Source: Camelus dromedarius
Lineage: Eukaryota
Direction: 5' to 3'
Length of the DNA stretch: 64,000 bases
NCBI RefSeq assembly: GCF_036321535.1
Contig: NC_087437.1
Coordinates: 13,146,001 to 13,210,000 of the forward strand
Part shown: positions 1 to 13,805 of the stretch, piece by piece
How positions within the stretch are numbered: the first letter of the stretch is position 1
Layout: each line of letters opens with the position of its first letter
Translations under genes and position numbers: made by a program
The notes under the pieces: generated by a model
What the model saw: the letters and a program-made list of their open reading frames with translations, nothing else
Told to the model about the DNA's origin: nothing
Database searches by the model: none

Positions 1-384
1 ACTGATCAGCTCCTGGTGGTGGCAGGACAGTCTGAGAAGTGGGAGTCTGTGTCTGTAGTTTGTGTCCAATATAAGGTTGATATAAGGTCTTTAGTCAGAT
101 GCCAAGTTAGCCTCACAGGAGAGTTGCCTCTAGAAAAAGAGAGGTCAATAGGCTAGAGGTGAGATTGAACTGAACCTAAAATGTTGGGTGAAATTCAGAT
201 TTCTAGAGAAATAACAAATGACCACTTCGCAGAAAGTAATGGATAACAGCAAGATACAAAGGTGAAAATCTGAGTGGTAGAAGTTTGGGACTGTTAATGG
301 GCTGGTCTGGCTGGAGTGATCTTGGACTTAGTTCCTGTCTGCTGTGTGTTTAGGGCTGTTGGTTGCCTCCCCACCTTTCCTCTC

Positions 385-915
385 GTCCTCGTCTCTATCA
401 TTTATAAAACACCCACCATTTAGCTCAAGTTTCAAGCCTCCCTCACATGCCCACCTACTTCAGGGAAAGCTGCCCCAACCCCAGCTCTGGCGATTGGATT
501 GTCATCAGTCCCAACCAATCAAGGAGATCCCACGTCTCTTGCTGGTGACTGGTTGAGGGATGGGCATGTGACCCAAGCTGATGAGCACAATTTGGCTGAA
601 GGCTCCTGGGACGGTTCCCATGATGCTCAGAAAGGAATGTGGGCATATACGTTGTGAAGTCTGGGTGTGATGCCTGGATCAGCTGTACGCATCCTGGGGC
701 TATGAGAGAACCAGACTGAGGGCAAAGGAAAGGCAGCCGAGATGGCAGGTGGGAGAGAAGTAAAGAACGTTAGTCCTAGATGAGATTTGGTCCATCATGT
801 CAACCAAATGAGAACCTGCCTTACCTCTGGACTTCAAGTTATATGAGAAAGTACTTTTTCCTTATTGTTTAAGAATCTTTGAGTCAGGTCTTGGTTATTT
901 GCAACCAAAATGTTT
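385..915 (+). mobile_element. Ancient ERVL-MaLR LTR (MLT1-type)
   Basis: MLT1-like motifs 'gggatgggcatgtgacccaag' and 'cctctggacttcaagttatatgag', and 3' end 'ttgtttaag...ttggttatttgcaacc'. Subfamily and ends approximate. Confidence 0.6.
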
Positions 916-2156
916 TGAAAAAAAAATTAAATACCCAGAAGATGATAAATCATCATTAGGAGCAAAAGAACTGTCCTTTGTTCAAAAGGCTGCGATGGAA
1001 TAATCATAGGTAGGTCTTTATTTCTCACAGATGGGACTCCTATTTGCCAGTTGGATGCAGCAGAAGCAGAGTCATAAAACGGGATATATATACATATATA
1101 TAATCCCCAGGCTCTATGTTTTCTTATTGGCAATTGTTCTCTCCTAGTACAGGCAGAGGTAAGGTAAAGACATTAGAGGTGTGTTATAAAGATGCGATGA
1201 GGTATTCTATATAAAGAACTCCCCAAACAGTGCGATCAGCACATCTCCTTTTCCTGTCAACAGCAAGCTTGTTAACACTCTTCATGTTGACAAAAAAATA
1301 CTTTTTTCTACCATAGAAGAAGTTTTGACTTTTTCTAACTGACCAGATGTGAGGATGTTATAGAAAAGATGCTCACATTACCTGACTTGACCACTCTTAA
1401 TAGGAAAAGAGCACTTTCTAATCATGAGATACCATGATACGGCAATCATTTTAACTGTAAGAAAGACATGTGTTAAGTTGTCTGAGATTTTTTTCATATT
1501 TATATTGTAGAACTTTTGCCCTAGATGAGGATTAATATCCCAACTGTGGATGGTACCTTCTGGAATATGTCTACTCCTATGATCCTAGAGTTAACAATTA
1601 GTTATCTCCTTCCATCAAAATTTAATTTAAAGACTTGCACCAGGCTATGTCAACATGGCATAAATAATTTACATGAAACACACTTGGTACATCTTCCATT
1701 GAGCAGTTCAAATGTTTGAGCTGCCCCATTGGCTTAATCTGCCTGGCTGGACAAGCTCCATACAGGATATGACTTCACGGTAAGGCTCCATAACCCGGCA
1801 CCCTGGCCAGCTCTTCTCTTTTATGACGGTCCTTGAGAATCCCCCATTACCATGCTCTCTTGTGTTCTCCACTCCAGCGGAGGAGCCCCATTTTCTAACT
1901 TACTCATTCATCTTCCCACAGGGCCTGGCTCTCTGTGGACCAGAATGGTGTGGCCAGACAGATGGGGACCATGGCACATCTCAGAAGATAGTGATTGTGG
2001 ATGATAACGAACAATGTGCAGTTGAACATAACTTTTTTTTTTTTTAACAAAAGTAATATATTGTCACTGTAGGCCTTTCAGTAGAAGGGGGAAAAAGAAA
2101 CATCCCACTGGGAGACACCTGTTTGACAAATTTGGTTGTGTAACTGTCAAAACCTA

Positions 2157-2254
2157 TTCCCTCTCCTTCCTCCCTCCCTCCCTCCTTTCCTTCCTTCCTT
2201 CCTTCCATCTTCCTTCCTTCCTTCTTTCCTTCCTTCCTTCCATTCTTCCTTTCT
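2157..2254. repeat. (CCTT/CCCT)n polypyrimidine microsatellite
   Basis: Directly visible near-pure pyrimidine tract of imperfect CCTT units. Confidence 0.95.
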
Positions 2255-2544
2255 ACCTTATTTTCCACAAAAATACATACACAAAGAGTTTTTTGGTAAG
2301 AATGAGGAAACTGGATCAAAATATTTCTGCTACCTTTTGTCCTTTTTTCCCCTTTTATATATAGTTTCTTTCCACTTATGTTTATTTTCAAAGGTTGCAC
2401 GTGCTCTGTCATCAGTATGCATCATAGCTCATTTAATCTGTTTTCAATTTTCCTACAAATGGAGACTCATATTATTTTCTACTTTTCTCCAATAAAAGCA
2501 ATGTTGAAATGAAAATACTAGTACACTGTTGCACATTGTCTTGC

Positions 2545-2880
2545 AACCACTGACAAGCTTATGAGAATCAATGGAAAGGCTATTAGAAAAAACAAAAGCA
2601 CTGAGCAAGGTGGTCAGTTACAAAATGACTGGAGCAAAATCAATAACTTTTCTAATATAGCAAAAGGAATCAATTAGGAATTTTAATGGAAACAGAGATT
2701 CCATTCACAGTAGCAACAAAAACATAAAGTACCCAAGAATAAATAAAAAGGATCTGAAGACCTGCATGATCAGAATTTTAGCATTCTATGGAGAAATACA
2801 TGAACAGAATGAAATTTGTCTGTTTATGTATTAGAAAAATCAGTATTGTAAGGAGGTAAATTCTCCTTAATTTAATCTAT
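2545..2880 (+). mobile_element. Old L1 (L1M-type) ORF2 remnant
   Basis: Degenerate match to the L1 RT-distal region: 'agcaaggtggtcagttacaaaat...caaaatcaataacttttcta', 'ccattcacagtagcaacaaaaacataaagtacccaagaataaat'. Confidence 0.65.
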
Positions 2881-3734
2881 TTTGCTAACCTAATCCCCGT
2901 GGAAGTCCCAGCTGTATCTTTGGAGGAGGGTGGGGGAGAGGACTGAACCCGTGTCCACAAAGCAACTCAGAGATTCAAACAGTAGCGTGAGTTGAGCACA
3001 CATGCCTGCCTCCGGTTCCCACTGCAAATTCCTGGATGTGACATAAAGCATTGTACTTTCCAAAAGATCTATAACATGCCAGAAAACCAGAAGGGGTCCT
3101 CTAGGTGGACAGGCATGACAAGAAATCCCTGAAATAATTGAGTTGGATTGAAATGGGAAATCCATTGCCTACAACACAGAGTAGTTTTTGTTCACAAAAT
3201 AAGGAACAGTTTCAGAAGAGGTTCAAAGTCCGGAGAGGCAGCTAGAGGAGGAGGAAGAGGGCCTGGAGTGACCCTCAGAGTGACTGTGGGAGGTGCCACA
3301 GGAGAAGCCAGGAGACTCAACATTATTTCCTCCCCGACACTTGTGCCAAGCAGTAGGCAGCAGAAACATCCGCCTGTCCTCTCCCTGGGCAGAATAAATG
3401 AGATCACTTGGACCTAAGCAAAAGGGCAGTGTCCCAGGTAGCTGCTGACATCACACGGAGGGGAGAGTCCCAAGGCTAACCGGACAAGCTGTGGACCTAC
3501 CTTGCTCCTGTCTCCACAATGAATGATGACAAATACAGTTGTCACAGGCAAACATTCATACATGACCGAGAATCACTGAACAGTTTGGAAAAGCTAACAT
3601 TGTGAAAGAAAGCCACTAGAATCAAAAAATAGGATGGACACAAATGGGCAGGATGAACAGAAAAGATGGAAAAAAGAAAGAAATATGTTTTAGGGTTTTC
3701 TCATAAGAGTAAATTTAACTTTATCTTGTTCTTT

Positions 3735-3890
3735 TTAATGCAAGGTAGTGCCACTCCTTACCTAACCATTACCTTGTTGAAGGACGTGGGAGTACTTCCA
3801 ATCTTCCATTATTATATACAATGTGTAAAAACAACCCGCTTACAAGCTTCTTTGAACATATGTGTATATTCACTCTATTTAGAGAATATC
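3735..3890 (-). mobile_element. Old L1 (L1ME-like) fragment
   Basis: 'taaccattaccttgttgaaggacgtgggagtacttccaatctt' resembles the antisense ORF2 end of old L1s. Confidence 0.45.
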
Positions 3891-3894
3891 TAAC

Positions 3895-4231
3895 CATCTT
3901 CAGAAAAATGTGATAAGGCACTGCAACCATTAAAGAATCAACTAGCTAAATATATTTCTCACAGAGGAGACACATCAACTATTCTATGGTAAAAGGTATT
4001 TTGGGATGGTATTTCTTAAATTTTGATTATTTGTTATGTCCTAATCCCATACAACGGTGACCTAGTTAAATAACTTTAGGAGGCATCTGAAATATTTTTT
4101 TCTTGGAGGAATTAATATTATTTGAAGTTAGGCACTCTTATTTTATTTTCAGATCAAAATTTGATAAAGGTCTGGTGTCTTGTCGTAGGCGCCTCAACAT
4201 TTAGAAAAAAACTGTGAGAACCACAGCCCTG
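3895..4231 (-). mobile_element. Ancient hAT DNA transposon end (OldhAT1-like)
   Basis: Minus strand begins 'cagggctgtggttctcacagtttttttctaaatgttgaggcgcct', a hAT-type CAGGG terminus with recurring 'aggcgcct/agtgcct' motifs. Family name from memory; left boundary uncertain. Confidence 0.5.
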
Positions 4232-5927
4232 TTCCGGAGGGTAGTTAATTCTGGGGCCTCGTTCACTTGTCACCTGAGACACAGAACGGATTCAACACTC
4301 CTTTCTGAAGAAAGCCGTGGCCAGCCCTCGCTGTGGGCTAATGGGAAAGAGGAAATGCTGTGAGTCACACAATTCTTCCCCAGTAGTTGACCTGCTTCCT
4401 TTCCTACGGACATTGTGAATTGTGTAGCTGGCCTGGCGGTGCCTTTTCCCCACTGGCTGCCAGCCACATGGTGGGTCACAAGTTCACACGACGATGTGCA
4501 TTTTACACTTCATGCCTCTTCTCTGTTTATGTCTCTCATGGGTTTTTGTTTTTTTAAATTCTTCTTTCACTTCACTTGCCATTTTGGCCGTTTCTTGTTT
4601 TTAAATGTCTCTCCTTATAAATCCAATTAAACTCTTTCTGAAACTCAGTATGATAAAGATGAATCAATACTATGAGTTATTTATTTATTTATTGTATGAG
4701 CTAAAGAAAAAATAACAAACAAGCGCATAGCATACAAGCCAGAAGCTGTACTTCCTAATGAGTATCGACACCTTCAGAACATTCCTCTTGAGAGACCGTA
4801 AACTTGTTGCAATCGACATTGTCACTAATGAAAACATCTCTTGAAATGTCTCTTTTAGAATTTCCTCCTTAGCTCTTGGCACAGAGTGTAAACCTTTTCC
4901 ATGGTTGTAAGACTTTTGGGTCATTTTGGATTTGGGAAAAAGCCCAAAGAGTTCCATGGTGAAGCCTATTGACCGAGAGGGCTCATCAAACTGGGTAATC
5001 AAGTTGGCTTTTCTTTTTTCCAAATACAAGGTACAGTATAGGATGATAAAACTATTTTTTTTAATGTAGTCAATGAACTGGCATCGAAAGTGTATCTCAG
5101 AGAAACTCTTCCAAGGATTTTCCATTGTTAGGAGGAGGGCATGCCCTTTGAGGAAGTGCATTAATTTGGATGTACTGGTTCTGATGTGTTTCTTCAAAAC
5201 ATCAGCACCCTGCATCCACCCCCTGCGACAAACTGAAGTAAAAGGGAAGGTCCAGTAAAGTGTGAGTCATGGTGGTTAACACATCACTGGAAAAGTAGGT
5301 GTCGGGGAATAGAGAAAACCGCTTGGGGTCCTGGGCGTCCCCCCCACCTCCGTTACAGTTCATCCAAATCACAGGAGAGGTGTGAGTTTTGTCATACGTG
5401 CTGGGGGCACAGGGCTTCACGTCTGCCTTTCAGTTGCTGATAATGGTACCATATGATTATTTATGGGTGGAAAATCTGAAATCTGTTTGCCTACAATGAA
5501 GGGCTATTTTTGAAACTCTGCTCATGTTCTAATCCTTTAACTGCTGCTTTACACACAGCAAGTTTCTTTTGCTCCATGTTATATGTTTAATACCATTGCT
5601 GGAGCAGCCATGGCACTGTAGAACGTTACAACTGGAAGGGGCCTTAGACATCATCTGGTCTTTTTTGGCTATAGGTAGTTACAAGACTATTGGGTACACG
5701 GAAGTGTATCATTGGAAGGTCCTATGTTTCACATTGAATTGTATGCTTGTGTTGAAATTGCTTCAAGAACTGAAAAAAATTTGAAATAAATAGTAAAAAA
5801 AAAAAAAAAAGGAAAAGATTGTTTAAGAAAGAGAAATCCCAATTTTATCACAAACAAGCTTAAGGGGCCAGTGGAAGAGGGGACAGGGACAGACAGAACT
5901 AGAAACCATGTTAAAAGTGACAAAATG

Positions 5928-6174
5928 GGGGGTGGGAAGGGATAAATTGGGAGTCTGAGATTTGCAGATACTAATTAATATATATAAAATAGATGAACAA
6001 GTTCATATTGTATAGCACAGGGACCTATATTCAATATCTTATAGTAACTTATGGTGAAAAAGAATATGAAAATGAGTGTATGTATGTTCCTTTATGACTG
6101 AAACATGGTGCTGTACACCAGAAACTGATACAACATTGTAAACTGACTGTACTTCAACAAAAATATATATTAAA
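5928..6174 (+). mobile_element. 5'-truncated young L1 (3' UTR only) with 15-bp TSD
   Basis: Artiodactyl L1 3' UTR ('gggaagggataaattgggag...tatagcacaggga...acattgtaaactgactgtacttcaa'). TSD aaaagtgacaaaatg at 5913-5927 and 6175-6189, at a TT|AAAA site. Confidence 0.92.
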
Positions 6175-7249
6175 AAAAGTGACAAAATGATGTGAAAAAG
6201 GATAAGATATGACCTAAGATGACGTCCAAGCCTTGTTTGAAGGATAAGATACACCTAATTAAACATCGGGTTAATATAGGGTCATGTGACCCCAGAGCTT
6301 GTGAGGAATGGGGTAAGACGTCTAGACAGGGTGACGTGTGGTGAGCCGTGGTGTGGGCCCCCTGGTATAGAACCTCTTCCATGCAGATGGGGTACTGAGT
6401 TGCATGTGGGGTTTCTCCTGACCAGGTTGAAAGGGAGTTGCCAAGAGAAGGGCTCAGCCTCTCTGCGGATTAGACTAAGTAAGAATGAGACATCCGTTGG
6501 CACCAACACCACCGTCTCAATCATGGACTGCAGAGTATACCAGGGAGAAGTGGTGCGATGGGCAGTGTAACTCAACACACAATTTTAGAGGTTAGAAAAT
6601 GAAGGCCAAAGAGATGAATAATTAAAGTGAAACAAATTGCTGGGGCAGAGCTGGCACCATTAGCCAGTCTGCCTCGACTCCCATTTCTTCTCAGGGATTC
6701 CTGTCCAAAGCAAGAAAGTCCTCACTGGGAACTACCCTGTGGTCAGACCTTCCTGTCTGCGGGCTCACTGACGTTGACAAGCTCTCCCACTTTGCTCAGA
6801 TTTCCCTGCAAGACTCTGAAATACTTGGGATCTGCAGCTACTTTTTCTAATGTCTCTGAAAGACTCCTGCGTCCTATAATGCTGATACCCTGGGCATTGT
6901 ATTTCAGAGCAATCATCTGATCCACCCTTTTTCCTCCTTGCTTCATAACATCAACCAAAACGGGCCAAACTGAGTGGGAATGAATGGTGATTAATCCTTC
7001 TTTGTAATGTTTAGTTTTTGAATTAATTGATCACCTCTACTTCTTAGCAACTTAACTTTTGAAAAATGTCTCAGTGACTTTTTCTTTATTCCTAAAAAAA
7101 GAGTGTGGGCAGGGGTGAAGAGTGGAGTGTAGGTGGTGGGGAGGCAACAACTGGAGAAAAGGGAGAGGAAGAACCACACTTACTTCTATTGTTTCTTTCC
7201 TGGCTCCTTAGTTTTGACTCCTGCAGAACTATTTGTAGCCTTTGTAAAT

Positions 7250-7482
7250 AAGAGTGTCAGCTTTAATACTAAACAGGCATGTTTTGAAATCCCAGCTACA
7301 CAACCTTGGGTAAGTCATTTAACTTCTCTAAGACTTTTTCCTTCTTCCATAAGATAGGGGTAACAATAGAGCCTATTTCATAGGGCTGTTGTGAGGATTA
7401 AATGACATGAATGAAAAATACATAGATTGGTGCCTGCCTGGCATTTACTAGATGCTCAGTAAGTTGTAACAATTACTATTAT
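7250..7482 (+). mobile_element. MIR SINE
   Basis: 'ccttgggtaagtcatttaacttctct' and 'tcatagggctgttgtgaggattaaatga'. Confidence 0.8.
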
Positions 7483-7867
7483 CTTGTGTCCTGAACAAAT
7501 GGACTTGCTGCACATTTAAAAAATGTGCTTAGAATAGGAAAGTTGGGGGGCAAAAAAAAAAAAGAAAGAATATGTAAATATTCCATTAAAGCAACTGGAA
7601 TGTGGAAAATGATACTGAAAGGGTCTGGCTACAAAAGATTCATCAAGCATAATTTGAGTCAAGTAAAGAAGCTCTTTGATTTGCTTTCCTGCATGAAATT
7701 GATACAAACTGGGGCACAGCTCAGTCTCAAAGACTTTCTACTGACCATGTCCGTGCTCTGCCCTCTAGTCATGTAGTCTACATTGACTATATTTTCAGTC
7801 ACCCCCTTTTTCTGACCACCAGGATTGTGCTTGAATCAAACCACGCTAGTCATAGTTCTCCGTAAAG

Positions 7868-8079
7868 CAGTGATTCTCAACAGAGGAGCTCTGCCACCCC
7901 ATGGGAGACTTTTGACAATGGAGATGTCTGTGGTTGTCATGTTTGGGGGATGCTATTGGTATCTAGTGGGTAGACGTCAGAGATGTTTCTAAACATGCTA
8001 AACAATGCCCAGCACAGACCCTCACAACAAAGAATTATTCCGTTTAAAATGTCAATAATGTTGCTCTTGAGAAATCCTC
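7868..8079 (+). mobile_element. MER20-like hAT-Charlie MITE
   Basis: Termini 'cagtgattctcaa'/'ttgagaaatcctc'; internal 'ggtatctagtgggtaga' and 'acaacaaagaattat...aaaatgtcaata'; degenerate 8-bp TSD ccgtaaag/ccttaagg. Confidence 0.85.
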
Positions 8080-9354
8080 CCTTAAGGAATTCTTCACCAG
8101 CAGCTGCTAGTTGGGGGTCTCATATTCCAAGACTGTGATATTAGGGAGTGATGTTCCTGGGTCCAGTCTTTCACCATCAGGAGAAATACAGCGAGAGGGA
8201 GGAAAAGAGCCTTGACTTTGTTCAAGCCAGTCCAGTCACTGTAAATCCGTCCTAACTCTTTTCTCGTAGGCTTTGCATTTGGGGATAAATTCTCCTAGTT
8301 TGTTTAAACTAGTTCAGGCTGGGCTTCTGTCACTTGTAACCTGGTATCTCTAATGTGTTGGATGTGCGAGTTGAGAACAAATCTGCATCCAACCAGGCAA
8401 GGAAAACGCAGTCAAATTTAAGTCACCTGTTACAGACGGGATTGTTTCAGCACTGCCACCAATCAGAGCTCACACTTTACGCTGTGCAACCTTTCCAAGC
8501 TTCAGTTTCCTTATTACAAGTGGGTCTAGTAATACCATAGATGACAGATATTGAGATATTTTATCTAATGTGCTGAGAACAGAGGGTGGAATATGGTAGC
8601 TGCTTATTAGATGTAAATTTCCTCCTTTGTATCATTTATATACTAAGGGATGATTCATTCTCAAAGAAATACTTTGGAGCATTTCTTGGCTGCTTATTGT
8701 AGGATATTCGTGGAATTCTGGATTTTAGATATAAATCTTGAGATTTAGAAAGAAGTCTGACTTGAACTGTCAGAAACTGGGATAAACGAGATCGAAAATG
8801 CTGAAAATGTAAAACATTCAAAATGGGAAAAAAGCAGAAATCTGCAAAAACGTGGGTCCAGTTGCAGCCAGACAGATAAGCAGACTTTTTCTTCTGAAGA
8901 CAATAGCGAGAGAGAGAACTGACCACGTATGTTGGATAGTAGCTCCTAATACTGAACATGTTAACAGAAACTTCCATTTTTCATGAGACCCATTGTTTTT
9001 AGAGGTAGACAGTTTGATTTTTTTGTTGTTGTTGGAGTTTATTTAGCTAGCAGCTTTTCTATGCGGTTTACGTTCAACAAAGCACCAATCTTTTTTAATA
9101 GCGCAGTGTCTCTTCCCTATAAGGCTTCCTCATGAATCCAGATCAGATCAGGCCAGATGGCTTCCTAAAGAGACTCATACGTTTTATAACACAGGAATAA
9201 AGGATGATTGTGCATACTCTTGAAAGCTGAGCTTGGGTGTTCTTTCCTGGAGATTTCACTTTCGGAATCTTACAATTGTAGCTCAGGGTCCTCAAATGTG
9301 AATTTCTACCAAGAGGTAGCTTGATACAGTACAGCAATTGCAGGATTCTTTGTC

Positions 9355-9431
9355 TTTTTAATGCCACCAAACACTTATATTTTGAAAGATTTTTTTTAAT
9401 GCCACCAAAGACTTGTATTTTGAAAGATTTT
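9355..9431. repeat. 38-bp tandem duplication (2 copies)
   Basis: 'taatgccaccaaacacttatattttgaaagatttt' at 9359 and 'taatgccaccaaagacttgtattttgaaagatttt' at 9397; two substitutions. Confidence 0.95.
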
Positions 9432-10904
9432 CTTTTTACTAAACTGCATTCACTAAATAATAATTAATTAGTTCCATCTGGGTTATTACTGGTTTTTTTC
9501 ACTTAAACATGATTTCCGATTTAAACCAGTGATTCAAGTTTACCAGACTATTATGAAAATGCATAAATCATTACTTCAATTATAATGCTACTGTGTAAGG
9601 AAGTTAAGGAAGCATGCAGGCGGTGAGCACTGTTCATTGCTGTGGGTAACTGTTTCGGCTGTCTCTCTAGTTTGGTCTGGGGGCGTATGTTCTTTTTAAA
9701 TAGGGGTGTCTTCTGGACTTGGGGCAGAGTCAGGCCCGCCATTATGTCCCAGAAAATTCCACGATGAGGTAGTTTGTTAATAGTGCAGTAACTTTTGGAA
9801 TCTTTTTCAGAATCTTTTTAGAGCTTCTAGGCAGCATGAAAACATCAGTGTCACCATACTGAGTTTATGTAATTCCAGGTTAAAAAAAAAAGTCAATTTT
9901 AAAATTTGTCTTCCGTGGCCTTATTATGAGCAAATTCCCAGGAGATCTCTAAAAATACTGAAACTGACTTCTCAGCCTGCACTTTCCTCATTTACTAACC
10001 TGGAGCTTTAGGCTGAAAATGACTGACTCAGCAGAAACAAGCAAACAAACAAACAAAAGTTGAAAACTGTGGTTCTCATCCCAGCCCAGTTATTGAGAAA
10101 CCAGGAATCTATGACATTCCTACCCCTCCTTAGTTCCACCAAATGAAAACGAAGACACTGAACTGGACGACATCACTGGGTGACTCCCAGCAACACAATG
10201 TTTCTCTTTCTAGGAGGCTGTGACCTGGGACTGCAAATCCATCCCGAAAGCTCTGACTTGTTATTGTCCAAGAAGAACCTTTTGTAGGTATTTTGCTGAC
10301 TCTGGATTATCCTCACTTATTTCACTGTATTATGGAAAATCAAACAGAGAGATGATGCGTCCCAAATTCCTTAAACTGGGTGTAAGAGGAGAAATTTTCT
10401 CTCTCACAAATAGTACACCCTGAATTAATAATTAATCCATTTTCATTTACAATGCTTGTCTTCATCTTTCTCGAAATGGCCGTCCCTGGAGTTCAGTTAA
10501 GATCTGTTGAAGTAGTTAAAAATATTTGTCTGTTTTTTAAACATAGGAGACCATGGTTTATAATGTTTTTATTTTTTCTCAAAATGTAGGCTGTCTGCCT
10601 CAGAATAACCCAGAGAAGTTAAACAATGCATATGCCTCAAAGTAACGGAATCGGATGTTTGGGAATCTTTATTTCCACTGATCAAATGAAGAGTGCACTC
10701 ATTTTTGTTTCTTGAAACTGTTTTTCGTGCATTCTAATAAAAATCTTTATTTACTATTGAAAGGGTTGGTACATATCGGTGCAGCTCCCAGGAATATCAT
10801 GCAGAATGGAGGAGAAAAAAATAATTCATCAAATTTTTAAACAAGTATTTATTATCTGCCCCTCATGTGGTAAAAACCTAGAATGTATTAGCTCATAAAA
10901 TGGC

Positions 10905-11160
10905 TTCAGCGACTATTTATGAACCTTTGTTACTTGCTAAGCATCATGCCAGTTGCTCAGTATACATTTTCTCCATTTAGTTGTCCCCACAAAACTAAGG
11001 GACAGGTATTATTAATTTCTACATTTGACAGATGAGGAGACAGGCTAACATAGGTTAATCAAAGTGATTTGCAGAAATCCTCACAGCTGGTGAAGTAGTG
11101 GGGACCAGGACTTATTCCTATAGTAGCATCCAGACTTGAATCCAGATTATATTTTGCTAC
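10905..11160 (-). mobile_element. MIR SINE
   Basis: 'ggtattattaatttctacatttgacagatgaggagacaggct...cacagctggtgaagt' matches the antisense MIR core. Confidence 0.7.
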
Positions 11161-11170
11161 ATAACCTGTA

Positions 11171-11518
11171 CAGTTGGCCCGCCGTATCCATGGGTTCTGC
11201 TTCCATGGATTCAACGAGATGGAAAACATTCAGGAAAAAAAAGCCCAGATCCCAGCAAGCTACAAAAAGCAAAACTTGAATTTACCACACACTGGCAACT
11301 ATTAATGCAGTATTTACATTGTATTTACAATTATTCTCATAGCATTGACACTGTATTAGGTATTACAAATAATGTAGAGATGATGTAAAGTATATGGGAG
11401 GATGTCTGGTTATATACAAATACTACACCACTTTGTATAAAGGACTTGAACATTTGTGAATTTTGGTACCCATGGGGTGTCCTGGAACTAATCTACCGCA
11501 GATACCGAGAGATGATTG
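11171..11518 (+). mobile_element. MER2-like TcMar-Tigger MITE
   Basis: Starts TA|cagttggcccgccgtatccatgggttctgc and ends 'cagataccgagagatgattg' (imperfect TIR); internal 'gtattaggtattacaaataat...gagatgat'. Confidence 0.88.
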
Positions 11519-12369
11519 TGCTCTATTCTGCTTATCCACGGCGGGAAGACTGATAAACAATTTCTGTGTCTGCATAGACTCCTGGTATGGTTTTCCATTG
11601 ATCATGCGGCAACAGGTCCCCCCTTTAGAACCTCCTGCCGCGGGATGCTCAGCCTCAGGAGCGCCTCCCTGCTGCTGCTGCTCTGTCTGGGGCTCCTGCA
11701 GCTTCCATATTGTCAGACGTGGCTTCTGTATTTCACAGGACCTTAACATATATCCTTGTCATCCCTGCTTTCTTTAACCCCACTCTGTTTCCCCTACCAA
11801 AGTCATCCGGGGTCTGGTTGGTTATTCTTTGATCAATCCTCTCACAAACGATTTGCCTCTTGAGTAAAGCGGGAGGGGGAGTAACAGAAATGGGTGATTT
11901 TTTTTTTTTTTCTGAAGAAGACAGCAAAACAATTCAATTTTATATCTAGCCCAGGGGTCCTAATAATATCTGAAAATTGATTTTCAAAATTGGGGAAAAG
12001 GATATTTTGCTTGTCTGTTCTTGATAAAGTCATCGGTTTGTATACAAGTTTGTGCTCAAATCTATGCCTTTCAAATTAGAGCCCGGAAGGAGTTTCACTA
12101 GCATCAGTAATATCTAGGCTAATTTGCTTGGATGAGAGAGCTGTGATTTAATATTTAATGAGAAATTTATAGCATTAATCCTCAGCTCAAGCTAAATAAA
12201 TGAACTTGATTCAGATGAGGTGCCCTCTTTGTACTCATTACCTGGGGCACTGCATAACCAAAACACCCTGGTGCTTTTCTTTTATAACAAACCTCATTTG
12301 TGTTTCACTGACTTTACTTTAGAAAGTGTATTTTTTATTTAATGCTTCCTTGGTCTGTTTACATTTGGA

Positions 12370-12734
12370 GTAGATTGAATTATGGGCCCTAATTTTTTTT
12401 TTTTGTTGGTAACTTTACAATTCCTTCTCCTTGACTTTGAACTTGGTCATCTAATTTATCTTGACCAATGGGAAGTTTATCACATTCAACCCAAGGAAGG
12501 GCTTTATATGTGCCTGTGCTGTTGGGTCATCTTTTTTTGCACCCCTGCCATCTCCATGAGAACATTCTCTGGTGAGCCTCTGATGCAAAGAAGCTGAGAG
12601 ACAAGTCAAACAGCACCACAGATCTGCAACCTGAAGCAGAAGCATTGTGGTCAACCCACAGATTTATGGACATAAGTAACTTTAAGACATTGACTTTTGA
12701 GGTGGTTTGTTACACAGCATTAGTTGGCTGATAC
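12370..12734 (+). mobile_element. MLT1-type MaLR LTR
   Basis: 'ttgactttgaacttggtcat...ttgaccaatggga' and 3' end 'ttttgaggtggtttgttacacagcatt...gctgataca'. Confidence 0.7.
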
Positions 12735-13399
12735 AATGTTTTTCTAATCTATTTTCATGGTGTCCTCAGGAGAGCACTGGATAAAAGAAACCAGAGTTTT
12801 GGACTTTTATCACTGTTTTGCCACTACCATGGTGGTTTTACCCAAGTTACTCACCTTTTTGAATTTCAGTGTATCCTCATCAGTGAAACGTTTGCATTGC
12901 GGCAAGGGCGGGAAATGGAGCTCTGTTCAGTTCAGAATACCTCTGATGTGGAAATGTCACCAACATGGTATTGGAGTGAAATTTCTAAAATAATGAACTG
13001 GCAAACATAAATCAATAGAAACTATCCTTATGATAATAAGGAATGTATACATCCTTTCAGCAGGAATACAGAGGTGTTTGGAAGATTTTATTGAGGTAAA
13101 AGTTGTGATTAGATGTATACTTGCCATTTTACCTCTCATGACTTTGGCAAGTCAGAATCATTGAATGATGTGATTATGCAAATCACCAGAGACATGGATG
13201 ATACATCTCTATATGCCTTCTTCCTTTTATTATTTATGATTTATTTACTATTAGAAGAATCTAAATAAAAAGGACTATTAATTTCCTAGTCATGGATAGA
13301 AGAGCCCTCATTCCTGTTTCTTATTACCTCAATTCTGCCAATTCCACATTTCTGTTGTCAAAATTTGAATGCTAAAATATTTTCTGTTCAAACTAATTA

Positions 13400-13805
13400 A
13401 CAAGTTGGATTCCAGAGGTGGAGCAGCCTTTGAACATAAACTAAGGTCCTGTTCTCAGCAATTCTCTTTGCTTTACCTCCCTGTGAAGTGGATTCATCCC
13501 CAGGCTGGCTTCCCGATGGTCACAAGATGGCTGTCAGCAATAACTCAGAATATGTGCTTCTGTGTTTATACCAGGAGTGGGAAGAGTGTATTCGCCCATA
13601 ACCACGTGAACAAAAGTCTTAATCCTCTCTCTCTCTTTTAGCTCAATCCCAGGCAAGAGGTACGGGATTTTCTTAATTGGCCTGGACAAACTGGGATACG
13701 TTCTGGACCTTGGGGTGGGTCAATCCAGTCCTACCACATTGCTCCTGCACAATGGGAATGGCATGGGATGAATGTTGGGAAGATAACCACACGGTATCTA
13801 CAAAG
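13400..13805 (-). mobile_element. MLT1-type MaLR LTR (degenerate)
   Basis: 'caggctggcttcccgatggtcacaagatggctgtcagca' and 'ggatgaatgttgggaagataaccacac'. Confidence 0.55.

Noticed and set aside
2044..2495. ORFs of 122 and 119 aa
   Set aside because: Produced by the stop-free (CCTT)n microsatellite.
4685..5215. Longest ORF (176 aa, minus strand)
   Set aside because: No recognisable domain, non-ATG start, and it ends in low-complexity AT sequence. A rough stop-frequency estimate makes an ORF this long plausible by chance in six frames of 64 kb.
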